64,000 bases of DNA. Origin: Heptranchias perlo (Eukaryota). The stretch covers positions 6,076,001-6,140,000 of the forward strand of contig NC_090328.1 of the NCBI RefSeq assembly GCF_035084215.1. The letters are read 5' to 3'. Below are positions 25,762 through 39,134 of this stretch, in pieces. The position numbers were made by a program, and so were the translations under genes. The notes beneath the pieces are model-generated. The model was not told where the DNA came from. It saw only the letters and a program-made list of their open reading frames with translations, and made no database searches. Numbering within the stretch: position 1 is the stretch's first letter; each line of letters opens with the position of its first letter.

Positions 25762-27197
25762 TCATAGAGTCATAGAGTCATACAGTTATACGGCACGGAT
25801 AGAGGCCCTTCGGCCCATCGTGTCCACGCCGGCCATCAAGCCCTGTCTACTCTAATCCCATATTCCAGCATTTGGTCCGTAGCCTTGTATGCTATGGCAT
25901 TTCAAGTGCTCATCCAAATGCTTCTTGAATGTTGTGAGGGTTCCTGCCTCCACAACCCTTTCAGGCAGTGAGTTCCAGACTCCAACCACCCTCTGGGTGA
26001 AAAAGTTCTTTCTCAAATCCCCTCTAAACCTCCCGCCTTTCACCTTGAATCTATGTCCCCTTGTTATAGAACCCTCAACGAAGGGAAAAAGCTCCTTAGT
26101 ATCCATCCTATCTGTGCCCCTCATAATTTTGTACACCTCAATCATGTCCCCCCTCAGCCTCCTCTGCTCCAAGGAAAACAAACCCAATCTTCCCAGTCTC
26201 TCTTCATAGCTGAAGCGCTCCAGCCCTGGTAACATCCTGGTGAATCTCCTCTGCACCCTCTCCAAAGCGATCACATCCTTCCTGTAGTGTGGCGACCAGA
26301 ACTGCACACAGTACTCCAGCTGTGGCCTAACCAGTGTTTTATACAGCTCCATCATAACCTCCTTGCTCTTATATTCTATGCCTCGGCTAATAAAGGCAAG
26401 TATCCCATATGCCTTCTTTACCACCTTATCTACCTGTTCCGCCGCCTTCAGGGATCTGTGAACTTGCACACCAAGATCCCTCTGACCCTCTGTCTTGCCT
26501 AGGGTCCTCCCATTCATTGTGTATTCCCTTGCCTTGTTAGTCCCTCCAAAGTGCATCACCTCGCACTTTTCCGGGTTAAATTCCATTTGCCACTGTTCCG
26601 CCCATCTGACCAACCCATCTATATCGTCCTGCAGACTGAGGCTATCCTCCTCGCTATTTACCACCCTACCAATTTTTGTATCATCAGCGAACTTACTGAT
26701 CATACCTTTTACATTCATATCCAAGTCATTAATGTAGACCACAAACAGCAAGGGACCCAGCACCGATCCCTGTGGTACCCCACTGGCCACAGGCTTCCAG
26801 TCACAAAAACAACCTTCGACCATCACCCTCTGCCTTCTGCCACTAAGCCAGTTTTGTATCCAAAGTGCCAAGGCACCCTGGATTCCATGGGCTCGTACCT
26901 TCTTGACCAGTCTCCTGTGGGGGACTTTATCGAAGGCCTTACTGAAATCCATGTATACCACATCCACTGCGTTACCCTCATCCACACGCCTAGTCACCCC
27001 CTCAAAAAATTCAATCAAATTAGTCAGACATGATCTTCCCTTGACAAAGCCATGTTGACTATCCCTGATTAATCCTTGCTTCTCCAAGTGGAGACTAATT
27101 TTGTCCTTCAGAATTTTTTCCAATAATTTTCCTACCACTGATGTTAGGCTCACTGGCCTGTAGTTCCCCGGTTTTTCCCTACTCCCCTTCTTGAATA
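25762..27197 (-). mobile_element. Young 5'-truncated CR1 LINE with an uninterrupted 450-aa RT/C-terminal frame
   Basis: ORF 25852-27216 has intact RT motifs. 8-bp microsatellite tail. Confidence 0.95.
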
Positions 27198-28764
27198 ATT
27201 TGTGCACCAATTCCATTTCTCTGCACTCTTTTCCGTTGGTCGAAGGAAGTGTTCACACATCTTTTGGCCTTCTCCTGGCTTCCACATCTGGCCAAGGCTT
27301 TAAGCGTCTCATCCATTCCTTCACCCTTTGCTCCACGTATATGCCATCATTGCCAAGACCCTGCTTAATCCAGCAAGGTCAGCCGGTCACTCCATCAGTG
27401 CGGGAGCCCCAGCGAGTCCCTCAATCATAGTGGGGTCAGCCGGTCACTCCATCAGTGCGGGAGCCCCAGCGAGTGCCTCGGTCATGATATAAAAGCAATC
27501 TAAAAGGCTGATAGAACGTTGGGCTTTACCTCAGTGGGGCTGGAATACAAAGTGATGCTTCAGTTGTACAGAGCATTGGCCAGACCCCATCTGGAGATAC
27601 TGCGCTTTGCAGCCAATGAACTGCTTTTGATGTGTAGTCATTGTTGTAACGTGGGAAATGGTGATCAGAGATGAGTTTAATATATAAACTCCATAGGCTA
27701 CAAACCTTTACACAATGGAAGTGAATGAGGTTTTGGTCCATTGAACTTTATATATGATGAGACTGTATAGGAAACAGCTTGGTGCATTGGAATTCTGTAC
27801 AATGGGGGTGAATGTAAAGGGGGTTTGAGTCTATTTGTAAGAGTGAATTGAACATTGTGGAACTCTGTACAATAGAAAGACGAGCATTTATATAGCACCT
27901 TACATGACTTCAGGACGTCCCAAAGCACTTTACAACCAACGAAGTGTTTTTGAAGTTACTGTTATAAATGTAGGAGACGCGGCAACCAATTTGCAAAACA
28001 AATCTGTTTGGACGGTGTTGTTTGAGGGATAAATATTGGCCAGGACACCGGGGAGAACTCCCCTATCCTTCTTTCAAATAGTGGCCCTGGGAACTTTTAC
28101 GTCCACCTGAGAGGGCAGGCGGGGCCTCGGTTTGACGTCTCCTCTGAAAGACGGCACCTCCAACAGGCCAGTGCTCCCTCAGTACTGCACGGGGAGTGTC
28201 AGCATGGATTATGTGCTCGAGAAGGTGGGTTTGATTTTCTATTCAATGGCAGTGAATGAGCCATTGTTTGCTACACCGGTGGGGGGGTGGTTTCTGCTTG
28301 GACAGGGATGGACTCGCCTGGAATTGGCTTTTGTATAATTACTCAGTGCAAAAATCACACCAAATTGACCAACTTTGTTACATAGGTAGAGAACCACATT
28401 TACTACAAATGTTGCATTAATTACAAACAATAAGATAAGTTTACATGGAATTTTATGTAAAAAAAAAATTGATGTCAAAAGCATTAGCCATATTGTAACA
28501 GAAAAATAATTAAATCCATTTTATTGAAACTAAATGAAGTTATTTTGAAAGTCACTCTGTGCTCATTCTGGCCTCCAGCATTATAAAGTCATGGGGTAAA
28601 CGTGAATATTTTAAATCTCTTTTCTCTCCTCAATATCGGGTGAAGAGTGTTCCTGAAGTCACTGAGGAGGGAAGTGCGGCTGAACAAAATATCCAATCAG
28701 GATAGTGTCGATTGGCAGGTCACCGATAGTTTCATCAGAGCACCACGAGGAACACACGGAGGGG

Positions 28765-29935
28765 GGGGGTGATTTTAGGGGGCATTTGCGGATGCGTTGG
28801 GTGCGGGGGGGGTGGGGGTTCCGAAAATCTCGGAAATCCCATTCGGGTTCGGAAGCCGGCTCAAACCCGCCGGCTTCCGAGTTTCCCAGGGACCCGCCTG
28901 TGTGCGGGCGGGCGACCCGAAAACGACAGTTAAAGAGCCAAATGTACCTCATTGAGGTCCTTAAGGCATTTTACCTGTGACAGAGTAAATACTCAAAGAT
29001 TTTGAACTTACCTGGGCAGCTTGCCCACCGCTTCTGATTCACACCTGGTGAAACCAGGCATGAAGGGTCGCACCAGGAAAAAGAGAAACTAAATAAATTA
29101 AATAAAAAACCATGGAAGGAAGTGAAAACACTAAATGAACCCACCTTTGAAACCTGCTGCGATGTCCAATGTCTCCCACTCCGATGTTCCCCCTGATGTC
29201 CTCCTCTTCACCCCTCAATCTTCCCCACCCCCCAATGTCTGCATGTGCACCAGGAAGACCCACTCCCACTTAAAGCCAGCAGGCCCGATACTTAAGAGGC
29301 CAGCGTACCTCATTGAGATACTTAAAATTATGTGTATATGAAAATGAAAATGAATTTAACCTTCTGTTTGGGTTTCCCATCGCTGCCGAATCACGTCAGG
29401 CGGAAAGAGCCGGATCCATGAGGCGAGTGCTTTTATTTTACTGCTTGTGGGTCCGGAGGAGCAGGAGTGCTTCATGCAGGCCCAACAAGCTCACCTGGCC
29501 GACAGGGACCCCGCAATCGGCTGAACAACCCCCTCCCCCGATGCTGGACCCACCTCTGATGTCATTGCTGGCTGACTCCCCCACCCCGGTCTCCGATGCT
29601 GGCTGACCCCCACCGATCCCCAATGCTGGCTGAACCCCCCAATGTCGTCCATGTCCTCCCACCACCCTCCTCCCCCTCTGGTTTTTTCCAAGCCCGTGAT
29701 CTCTCTCTCTCCCTCTCGCCCCCCACCTCTCTCCGATTTGCAGGTTCCTTTCATTGCCGACAGGTAGCCAGGCTGTCAATCCGGCTGCCTGGTGCATAGG
29801 AAACCCGGAAGGACAAATACTCACCTTCAATTGAGTTGTGATCGCAGATTGTGACGCACTCAATTCACCTCGGGGTCCCCCAAGCGGATATCTGCGGAGG
29901 CGCGGGGTACCCGGCTCAAAATAAAAATCATGCCC
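28765..29935. mobile_element. Non-autonomous Harbinger-like element (MITE-type)
   Basis: Ends GGGGGTGATTTT / GGGCATGATTTT (reverse complement) resemble the TIRs at 15312-17334. Similar GC-rich subterminal sequence. No clear TSD. Confidence 0.65.
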
Positions 29936-31875
29936 AAGGAGTCATCAAGTGACACCAATGTTTGGGGTTTAAAAGCCTAAATATAGCAGGGGAATATAAG
30001 AACATCAGAAATAGGGGCAGGAGTGGGTCATACAGCCCCTCGAGCCTGCTCTGCCATTCAATCAGATCATGGCTGATCTTCAACCTCAACTCCACTTTCC
30101 CGCCCGATCCCATCGGGAAGACCAAGGGTTTGAGCGGATCCACGGTTTTGAGGTCTTGAGCGAGAAAGAAAGGAAAGACATTTATACAGCACCTTTCACG
30201 ACCTCAGGACATCCCAAAACGCTTTACAGCCAACGAAGTACTTTTGAAGTGTTGGAATCTAGGAAATGCGGCAGCCAATTTGCGCACAGCGAGGTCCCAC
30301 AATCAGTAATGAGATAATTAATGACCAGAAAATCTGTTTTCAGTGATGTTGGTTGAGGGATAAATATTGGCCAGGCACCCAGAAGAACTCCCCTGCTCTT
30401 CTTTGAAATAGTGCCATGGGATCTTTTACATCCAACTGAGAGAGCTGACAGGGCCTCCGTTTAACATATAATCTGAAAAAGACAGCACCTCTGACGGTGC
30501 AGCACTCACTCAGTACTGCACTGGGTGCGCTCAAGTCTCTGGAGTGGGATCTTCTAACTCAAAGGCAAGAGTGCTACCAACTGAGCCACAACTAACATTT
30601 TGATGACAACCCAACAGAGATGTAGAGGAGAGTCAGAACATATAACATGGGGTATTTGCAGTTTAGAGGAAAGTTGAGAGCAGAACGGGCCATAGTAATA
30701 TTGATTAAAAAAAAGTCAAGCGGAGGTCTTACCAGAAATAGAGAGGGAGCAACTCAAGGCAGGTGCCAAAAGAGGGCTCAATTAACATGTGACAAGTTCT
30801 GCCCCTCTCACTGCCTCTCAATACATTATAAATTCATTTCTCTTAGCTTTAATAAAAGAAAAGTACTGAGGAAAACTTTTGACGGTTTGCAAACTCCGAG
30901 ACAGCATCTGCTCCAACGTAACATTTCCACGGCAACCAAATGTAGTTCTTCAGTGGGGGCCATTTCAGGAATTGTACCTAAAACAAAGCTGTATTATGGC
31001 AACAGTTTTGGAATTTCAGATCTGATTATGCAATTCAAAAGAAAGGGAGATAAAGCTAATTGATAATTAATTCTAGAAAAGAAGAAAAGAATTTGCATTT
31101 ATATAGCAACTTTCACCTCCTCAGGACATCCCAAAACGCTTTACAGCAAATGAATTACTTTTGAAGTGTGGTCACTGTTGTTTATGCCAATTTGTGGGCA
31201 ACAAGATCCCACAAACAGCAATGTGTCTAATCCTGTCCGAAACCAACCTCCACTCACACACACACACACGCACTTTCCAGCAAAGATCACTAGACATTGA
31301 GCCGGTCCCTGGACTAAATTCTTCCCCCACCACTAGCCCATGGATACCGAGGCCAATGGAAACTCTACTGTTGCCAATTGTTAAAGTTCCACAATCGTAC
31401 AGGCCCACCCACATACGGTTGAAATTGTTGTGTGATATTAGTCACAAACATAGAATCATAGAATCGTAGACGTTTACAACATGGAAACAGGCCCTTCGGC
31501 CCAACATGTCCATGTCGCCCAGTTTATACCACTAAGCTAGTCCCAGTTGCCTGCACTTGGCCCATATCCCTCTATACCCATCTTACCCATGTAACTGTCC
31601 AAATGCTTTTTAAAAGACAAAATTGTACCCGCCTCTACTACTGCCTCTGGCAGCTCGTTCCAGACACTCACCACCCTTTGAGTGAAAAAATTGCCCCTCT
31701 GGACCCTTTTGTATCTCTCCCCTCTCACCTTAAATCTGTGCCCCCTCGTTATAGACTCCCCTACCTTTGGGAAAAGATTTTGACTATCTACCTTATCTAT
31801 GCCCCTCATTATTTTATAGACTTCTATAAGATCACCCCTTAACCTCCTACTCTCCAGGGAAAAAAGTCTCAGTCT

Positions 31876-32730
31876 TTTTTTTTATTCGTTCACGGGATGT
31901 GGGCGTCGCTGGCGAGGCCAGCATTTATTGCCCATCCCTAATTGCCCTCGAGAAGGTGGTGGTGAGCCGCCTTCTTGAACCGCTGCAGTCCGTGTGGTGA
32001 CGGTTCTCCCACAGTGCTGTTAGGAAGGGAGTTCCAGGATTTTGACCTAGCGACGATGAAGGAACGGCGATATATTTCCAAGTCGGGATGGTGTGTGACT
32101 TGGAGGGGAACGTGCAGGTGGTGTTGTTCCCATGTGCCTGCTGCTCTTGTCCTTCTAGGTGGTAGAGGTCGCGGGTTTGGGAGGTGCTGTCGAAGAAGCC
32201 TTGGCGAGTTGCTGCAGTGCATCCTGTGGATGGTACACACCGCAGCCACAGTGCGCCGGTGGTGAAGGGAGTGAATGTTTAGGGTGATGGATGGGGTGCC
32301 AATCAAGCGGGCTGTTTTATCTTGGATGGTGTCGAGCTTCTTGAGTGTTGTTGGAGCTGCACTCATCCAGGCAAGTGGAGAGTATTCCATCACACTCCTG
32401 ACTTGTGCCTTGTAGATGGTGGAAAGGCTTTGGGGAGTCAGGAGGTGAGTCACTCGCCGCAGAACACCCAGCCTCTGACCTGCTCTCGTAGCCACAGTAT
32501 TTATATGGCTGGTCCAGTTCAGTTTCTGGTCAATGGTGACCCCCAGGATGTTGATGGTGGGGGATTCGGCGATGGTAATGCCGTTGAATGTCAAGGGGAG
32601 GTGGTTAGACTTTCTCTTGTTGGAGATGGTCATTGCCTGGCACTTATCTGGCGCGAATGTTACTTGCCACTTATGAGCCCAAGCCTGGATGTTGTCCAGG
32701 TCTTGCTGCATGCGGGCTCAGACTGCTTCA
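31876..32730 (-). mobile_element. Same second LINE family, nested in a CR1 (31450-32930)
   Basis: YKAQVRSVMEYSPLAW ORF. Poly-T at 31875. The CR1 continues on both sides. Confidence 0.88.
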
Positions 32731-33214
32731 TTATCCAACCTCTCCCTATAAGTCAAACCATCAAGTCCCGGTAGCATCCTAGTAAATCTTTTCTGCACTC
32801 TTTCTAGTTTAATAATATCCTTTCTATAATAGGGTGACCAGAACTGTACACAGTATTCCAAGTGTGGCCTAAATAATGTCTTGTACAACTTCAACAAGAC
32901 ATCCCAACTCCTGTATTCAATGTTCTGACATGTGAACGTCATCATGTGAAATACTTTTGTTCTCCATTTTAGAGAAGGTTTCATTACAGTATGACGACAT
33001 TTTCGTTACTGATATCACCCAGCGCAATTTCAACCCAAATAGCTTTTAGTGTCTCAGGCCGAACCAAAGAGTTCGCCACTTTAGCCTTCTGTGTGACCCC
33101 GAGCTGTAATTTCGAACCCATCATAAAAAGTGCTTATTTCCACCTAGGATCATTGAATGGTACAGCCATTCGGCCCATCATGCCTGCGCCGGCTCTTGGA
33201 AAGAGCTATCCAAT

Positions 33215-35360
33215 TAGGAACACAGGAACAAGGAGTAGGCCATTCAGCCCCTCGTGCCTGCTCCGCCATTTGATAAGATCATGGCTGATCTGTGATCTAA
33301 CTCCATATACCCGCCTTTGGCCCATGTCCCTTAATACCTTTGATTGCCAAAAAATTATATCTCAGATTTAAATTTAGCAATTGAGCTCGTATCAATTGCC
33401 ATTTGCGGAAGAGAGTTCCCAACTTCTACCATCCTTTGCGTGTAGAAATGTTTTCTAATCTCACTCCTGAAAGGTCTGGCTCTAATTTTTAAACTGTGCC
33501 CCCTACTCCTAGAATCCCCAACCAGCGGAAATAGTTTCTCTCTATCCACCCTATCTGTTCCCCTTAATATCTTATAAACTTCGATCAGATCACCCCTTAA
33601 CCTTCGAAACTCTACAGAATACAACCCCAATTTGTGTAATCTCTCCTTGTAACTTAACCCTTGAAGTCCGGGTATCATTCTAGTAAACCTACGCTGCACT
33701 CCCTGCAAGGCCAATATGTCCTTCTGAAGGTGCGGTGCCCAGAACTGCTCACAGTACTCCAGGTGCGGTCTAACCAGGGTTTTGTATAGCTGCAGCATAA
33801 CTTCTGCCCCTATCAAATTAGTCCCACTTCATTGCCCTTTCCCCATAGCCCTGCAAATTTTTCCCCTTCAAGTATTTATCCAATTCTCTTTTGAAAGTTA
33901 TTATTGAATTTGCTCCCACTACCCTTTCAGGCAGTGCATTTCAGATCATAACTCTCTGCGTTAAAAAAATGTTTCCTCGTGTCGCCTATGATTCTTTTGC
34001 CAATTATCTTAAATCTGTGTCCTCTGGTTACCGACCCTTCTGCCACTGGAAACAGTTTCTCCTTATTTACTCTATCAAAACCCACCATGATTTTGAACAC
34101 CTCTATTAAATCTTCTGTTGGCTAGGGGCTGCAGAAAGTAACCTGAGATTCCCCAGCTGCTGATACACAGGCAAGAACAACTTTTGAACTGAAGTAACCT
34201 GAGTCCAGTCGCTGGCCTGAGCTGGCCGGAACCGGTTTGAATCAGCTAAGTTTTGTGAAAGACAAAGGAAATGTGATAAGACACAAGTCCTTATTTAGAA
34301 AAGGAGTAATGAGGTAATGCTACCTAAATCCTTGGGACAGAGCCAATGAGGAGAAGACACAGGGTAACTGAGAAAGCCTAAACCAACGGAAGACACAGCA
34401 CAGCTTGAAGAGATAAGATTCGGAATAAGAATGAAGGATCTGGGGCATGGAGTCAGAGCGAAGACTCCGGAGACCAACCATCGCGGAAGTGGAAGAACCT
34501 ACGTCAGGGACGTAGAGACGACGTCGAGAGAGAGAGAGAACGGAACGCCTGGCCAGCGTCAGCTCTCCTTTTCGGGTATTATCCTTTATATTCTGTGACC
34601 ACTCAGGGAGTGTCAGAGAAAACTAGTGGGTGTGCGTTTAGATCTTAGTTTGGGTATAAAACTGTATAACCTGGTGTAAACTGCATGTCTATATCTAACC
34701 AGACGTATAAGCTATATGTATATGATCTAACGGCGTGAATAAAGTGAATTGAGAGTTAAGAGAGAATTGACACTTCTCCTCTTTGTACTAAGCCAATAAC
34801 CGTAACCGGTGACCTCTGGTCAACACTTCCCTTAATCTTTTCTGCTCCAAGAGGAACAATCCCAGCTTCTCCAATATCTCCACGTAACTGAAGTCCCTCA
34901 TCCCTGGTTCCATTCTTGTAAATCTCCTCTGCACCCCCTCTAAGGCCTTGACATCCTTCCTAAATTGTGGTGCCCAGAATTGAACACAATATTCAAGCTG
35001 GAGCTTAACCAGTGTTTTATAAAGATTTAGCATAACTTCCTTGCTTTTGTACTCTATGCCTCTAATAATAAAGCCCAGGATCCCATATGCTTTTTTAAAC
35101 AGCCTTCTCAACTTGTCCTGCCACCTTCAAAGATTTATGTATGTGCACCCCCAGGTCTCTCTGTTCCTGCACCCCCTTTAAAATTGTACCATTTTGTTTA
35201 TATTGCCTCTCCTCAATCTTCCTACCAAAATGCATCACTTCATACTTCTCTGCATCTGCCATGAGTCTGCCCATTTTACCAGTCTGTCTATGTCCTCCTG
35301 AAGTCTGTTACTATCCTCCTCACTGTTTACTACATTTCCGAGTTTCGTGTCATCTGCAAA
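33215..35360 (-). mobile_element. Cluster of CR1 3' fragments flanking the LTR-like insert
   Basis: [13 protein letters not shown] and RRLRGDLIEV motifs. Confidence 0.85.
34116..34798 (+). mobile_element. Putative solo LTR
   Basis: TGTTGGCT...AGCCAATA imperfect inverted ends, TATAAAA at 34655, AATAAA at 34738. Interrupts CR1 sequence. No TSD found. Confidence 0.5.
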
Positions 35361-35663
35361 CTTCACCTGCCTCTGCCCCTACCTCAGCCCATCTGCTGCT
35401 GAAACCCTCATAACATGCCATTGACACTTCCAGATTTGACTGTTCCAATGCTCTCCACCCTCCATCCTTCCACCAACTTCAACTCATCCAAAGCTCTGCT
35501 GCCTGTATCCTATCCTGCACCAAGGAGATTTGATCGAGGTATTCAAAATCATGAAGGGTCTAGACAGAGTAGATAGAGAGAAACTGTTCCCATTGGCGGA
35601 AGGGTCAAGGACCCTGATGTCACCTTTGGGTCTTTTGCCAATCACCGTAAATCTATGTCCTTA

Positions 35664-36850
35664 AATCATAGATTACTAAACCCTTTAACAACATTACAGG
35701 ATATGACGGGGGAGTTAGCACTGATTCCCTGATAAATTGCTTTTACACTGGTGACCTGTTGAGCTTGGATCCCAGGAGACCAGCATCTACGAGCTGAATC
35801 CCTGCACCAAACCTCAGGAAGGATATATTGGCCTTGGAGGGGGTGCAGCACAGATCCACCAGAATGATAGGCTTGAAGGGTTAAATTACGAGGACAGGTT
35901 GCATAAACTTGGCTTGTATTCCCTTGAGTATGGGAGATTTGAGTGTTTAAAATGTTAAAAGGATTCAATTGGGTAGATACAGGGAAACTATTTCCTGCGA
36001 TGCGGGAAATCAAGAACAAAGGAATACAATCTTAAAATTAGAGCCAGGCCGTTCAGGAGTGAAATCAGAAAGCACTTTTTCACACAAAGGGTAGTGGAAA
36101 TCTAGAACTCGCTCCCCCAAAAGGCTGTGGATGCTGCGGGTTAATTGGAGCTTTCAAGACTGAGATCAATAGGTTTTTATTGGGTAAGGGTATCGAGGGA
36201 TATGGAGCTAAGGCGGGTAAATGGAGCTCAGCTTTGATCTAATTGAATGGCAGAGCAGGCTCGAGGGGCTGAATGGCCTCCTCCTGTTCCTAACACTAGT
36301 CTATAACCATTTCATACACTGATGCTTGTTTAGCTTTGAATCTGGGATACAAAGCTAAACAAAGCTGGGTCAAAATCCTGGAACTCCCTTCCTAACAGCA
36401 CTGTGGGAGAACCGTCACCACACGGACTGCAGCGGTTCAAGAAGGCGGCTCACCACCACCTTCTCGAGGGCAATTAGGGATGGGCAATAAATGCCGGCCT
36501 TGCCAGCGACGCCCACATCCCGTGAACGAATAAAAAAAAAAAGAGGTGTCCCTGAGCCAGCTCCCTGCGTTTATATTACAGTCCTCACCACCTGTACCAT
36601 CTGCGCTTATCGTATGCATTAAATCCAGCTCCTCTGTCTCGGCAGCGGATTTTCTGGGGCTATGGGTCTGCCTCAAGGGATAAGGGAAGTGGATTTACTG
36701 GTATAAATGCAGGGATTCAGCTCGTAGATGCTGGTCTCCTGGGATCCAAGCTACACAGGACACCAGTGTGAAAGCAGCTTATCAGGGAATCAGTGCTAAC
36801 TCCCCAGTCATATCCTGTAATGTCGTTAAAGGGTTTAGTAATCTACGATT
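35664..36850. repeat. ~143-bp inverted repeat pair (35664-35806 / 36708-36850)
   Basis: The arms are reverse complements at roughly 90% identity. They give matching peptides (YQGISANSPVISCNVVKGFSNL) on opposite strands. Confidence 0.93.
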
Positions 36851-36942
36851 AACACAACCATTTCCAACATGCTTGATCGCATCGTATAACTTCAGTCAAG
36901 CGTTAAAATGCCAAAACATTGCATTACTTACACCAATTACCT

Positions 36943-36974
36943 TTAGTGAATGACAACAGCTGCGTAGGTCACGT
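36943..36974 (-). CDS. Gene B last coding exon (DVTYAAVVIH*), canonical ITIM
   Basis: gccttttatttcag|AC acceptor in phase 1. VTYAAV fits [IVLS]xYxx[LV]. TAA at 36945-36943. Confidence 0.82.
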
Positions 36975-37314
36975 CTGAAATAAAAGGCAGCATTATTCAT
37001 TGAATTTTTTTTAAACAGATATTGATATATAATGACGGTGCAGTTTTAAGATCTCAATGTACCAGCGTCGCCAAGGAATTCTGCATCTCCCAGGACCTTT
37101 AATTCTACCCAGTCACACTTAAAAGTGTCAAGAGCGTTAAAAAAAAAGAGAACCCAGTCCTTCCATGCTGGTTCCTTCTAGCCCGGAGCCAGAAATTTGC
37201 GAGCGACATCCAATCTGCACATTTCACTCCCCATCGGCACTTAGCCTCCCAGTTGCCCGAGGGATGTGATTATTTCCAAATGCTGGACTTTGCCAACTTA
37301 GAGGATTAGTTTGG

Positions 37315-38740
37315 TAAAATTAGAGCTAGGGCGTTCAGAGGGTGATGTCAGGAAGCACTTCTTCACACAAAGGGGAGTGGAAATCTGGAACTCTCTCCCC
37401 CCAAAAAGCTGTCGAGGCCGGGGGGTCAATTGAAAATTTCAAAACTGAGATTGATAGATTTTTCTTGGGTAAGGGTATTAAGGGTTACGGAACCAAGGCA
37501 GGTAGATGGAGTTAAGATGCCAATCAGCCATAATCTAATTGCATGGCAGAACAGACTCGAGGGGCTGAATGGACTTCTCCTGTTTCCTACGTTCCTATGT
37601 GTGAAACTTAGCAGCAGGATATTGCATGGTTTAACATGTTGTTGTAAAATAGCATCTTGTCCCACTTTCCCTGAGCAATGCCACGGGAGATCAGCTAGTA
37701 TGCAATTACTAAGCATGACTGGAGTATGGATAACAGTAATATCTTGGGTTGGAAATTGGTCGGAAGGCAGCGGGCAGAGTGTTAGATTAGGGGACCATTC
37801 TCTAATTGGTGGTCGTGACAAGTGGTGTCCCCCAGGGATCTGTGCTGGGGCCTCAACTTTTCACCATATTTAGCGATGACTTGGATGAAGAATTAGGGAG
37901 TTGTGTATCCGAGTATGCAGGTGACACTGAGCTGGGTGGTGCAGGAAGTCGTGCAGATGGGAGCAGGGAGTTACAAAGGGACATGAACAGATGGAGTGAG
38001 CGGGGAAAACTATGGCAGGAGGAGTTCAATGTGTCCAAGTGTGAGGTCATTCACTTTAGGCCCGAGAAAGATAAATCAAAGTAATTTTTAAAATGGTGAG
38101 AAACTAGGAACTGTAGAAGAGCAGAGGGATTGGGGAGGTCAAGCACACAAATCATTAAAAGTACAAAAAGTAGTTTAATAAAGCTAATGGAATGTTGGCC
38201 TTTATCTCAAGGGGGTGGGGGTGGGGGGAGGACTAGAATACAAAAGGGGTAGACGTTATTCTTCAGTTGTACAGAGCCTTGGTCAGACCCTATTTAGAGT
38301 TCTTCTTTCAGTTCTGGGCACCGCACCTCAGGAAGGATATATTGGCTTTAGAAGGGGCGCAGCACAGAATAATACCAGGGCTTAAAGGGTTAAATTATGA
38401 GGCCAGGCTGCATAAACTTGGCTTGTATTCCCTTCAGTTTAGACCGTTGAGGGGTAATCTAATTGAGGCATTTAAAACGATAAAAGCATGCGATGGGATA
38501 GATGCAGAGAAACTATTTCCTCTGGTGAGGGAATCCAAAACAAGAGGACACAATCTCAACATTAGAGCCAGGCCATTCAGGAGTGGTGGAAATCGAACTC
38601 CCCCCTCCCCCCTGCCCCCAAAGGCTGCGGACGCTGGGGGTCAATTGGAGCTTTCAAAAGGCGGGTTAATGGAGTTGAGACACTATGATCTAAATGAATG
38701 ACGGAACAGGCTCGAGGGGCTGAATGGCCACCTCCTGTTC
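37315..38740 (+). mobile_element. Older CR1 fragments
   Basis: [13 protein letters not shown] and QFWAPHLRKD. Confidence 0.85.
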
Positions 38741-39098
38741 CGAAGGTTTCCTGTTTAACTTCACATTGTCCATTTGACCCTTTATTGGCAAAAAAAAACA
38801 AATGCCAAGGCCATTTTTCTCGATCACTGAGGCCGAGGACTGTGAAGATTGACATTGTCGCATCGTAGACACAACTAGGCCCCTCTTTGACATGATTTTC
38901 TCGAACCAAACAACAAAACGATAGTCACAGCCCAGAGGAGGGTTCAGAGGCTTCTGATGGAGAGCCTCCCTTTTAAACTTGAAAATAGCTTTAGCGTGTT
39001 ATCTTATTGTCATTGAAATCCATTGGGATTATCATCATTCGGATGGATTGTTATAGCCGACAGACAGCAGAAATGAATCACAGATATAATTTAGTTAC

Positions 39099-39134
39099 CA
39101 GAATCCGAAAAGTCGACAGCGCGATCCCTGCCAT
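39099..39134 (-). CDS. Gene B cytoplasmic exon 5 (DGRDRAVDFSDS)
   Basis: ttggtttttatcttcgtagttttag| acceptor, CTG|GTAACT donor. 36 bp, phase 1-1. Confidence 0.7.

Noticed and set aside
27377-27485. 57-bp-period tandem duplication (and small duplications at 14246-14298 and 14669-14717)
   Set aside because: Ordinary slippage-type duplications with no evident function.
38577-38909. ENHVKEGPSCVYDAT frame as a terminal exon
   Set aside because: Needs a rare GAG acceptor and runs into CR1 sequence. The exon at 36974 fits much better.
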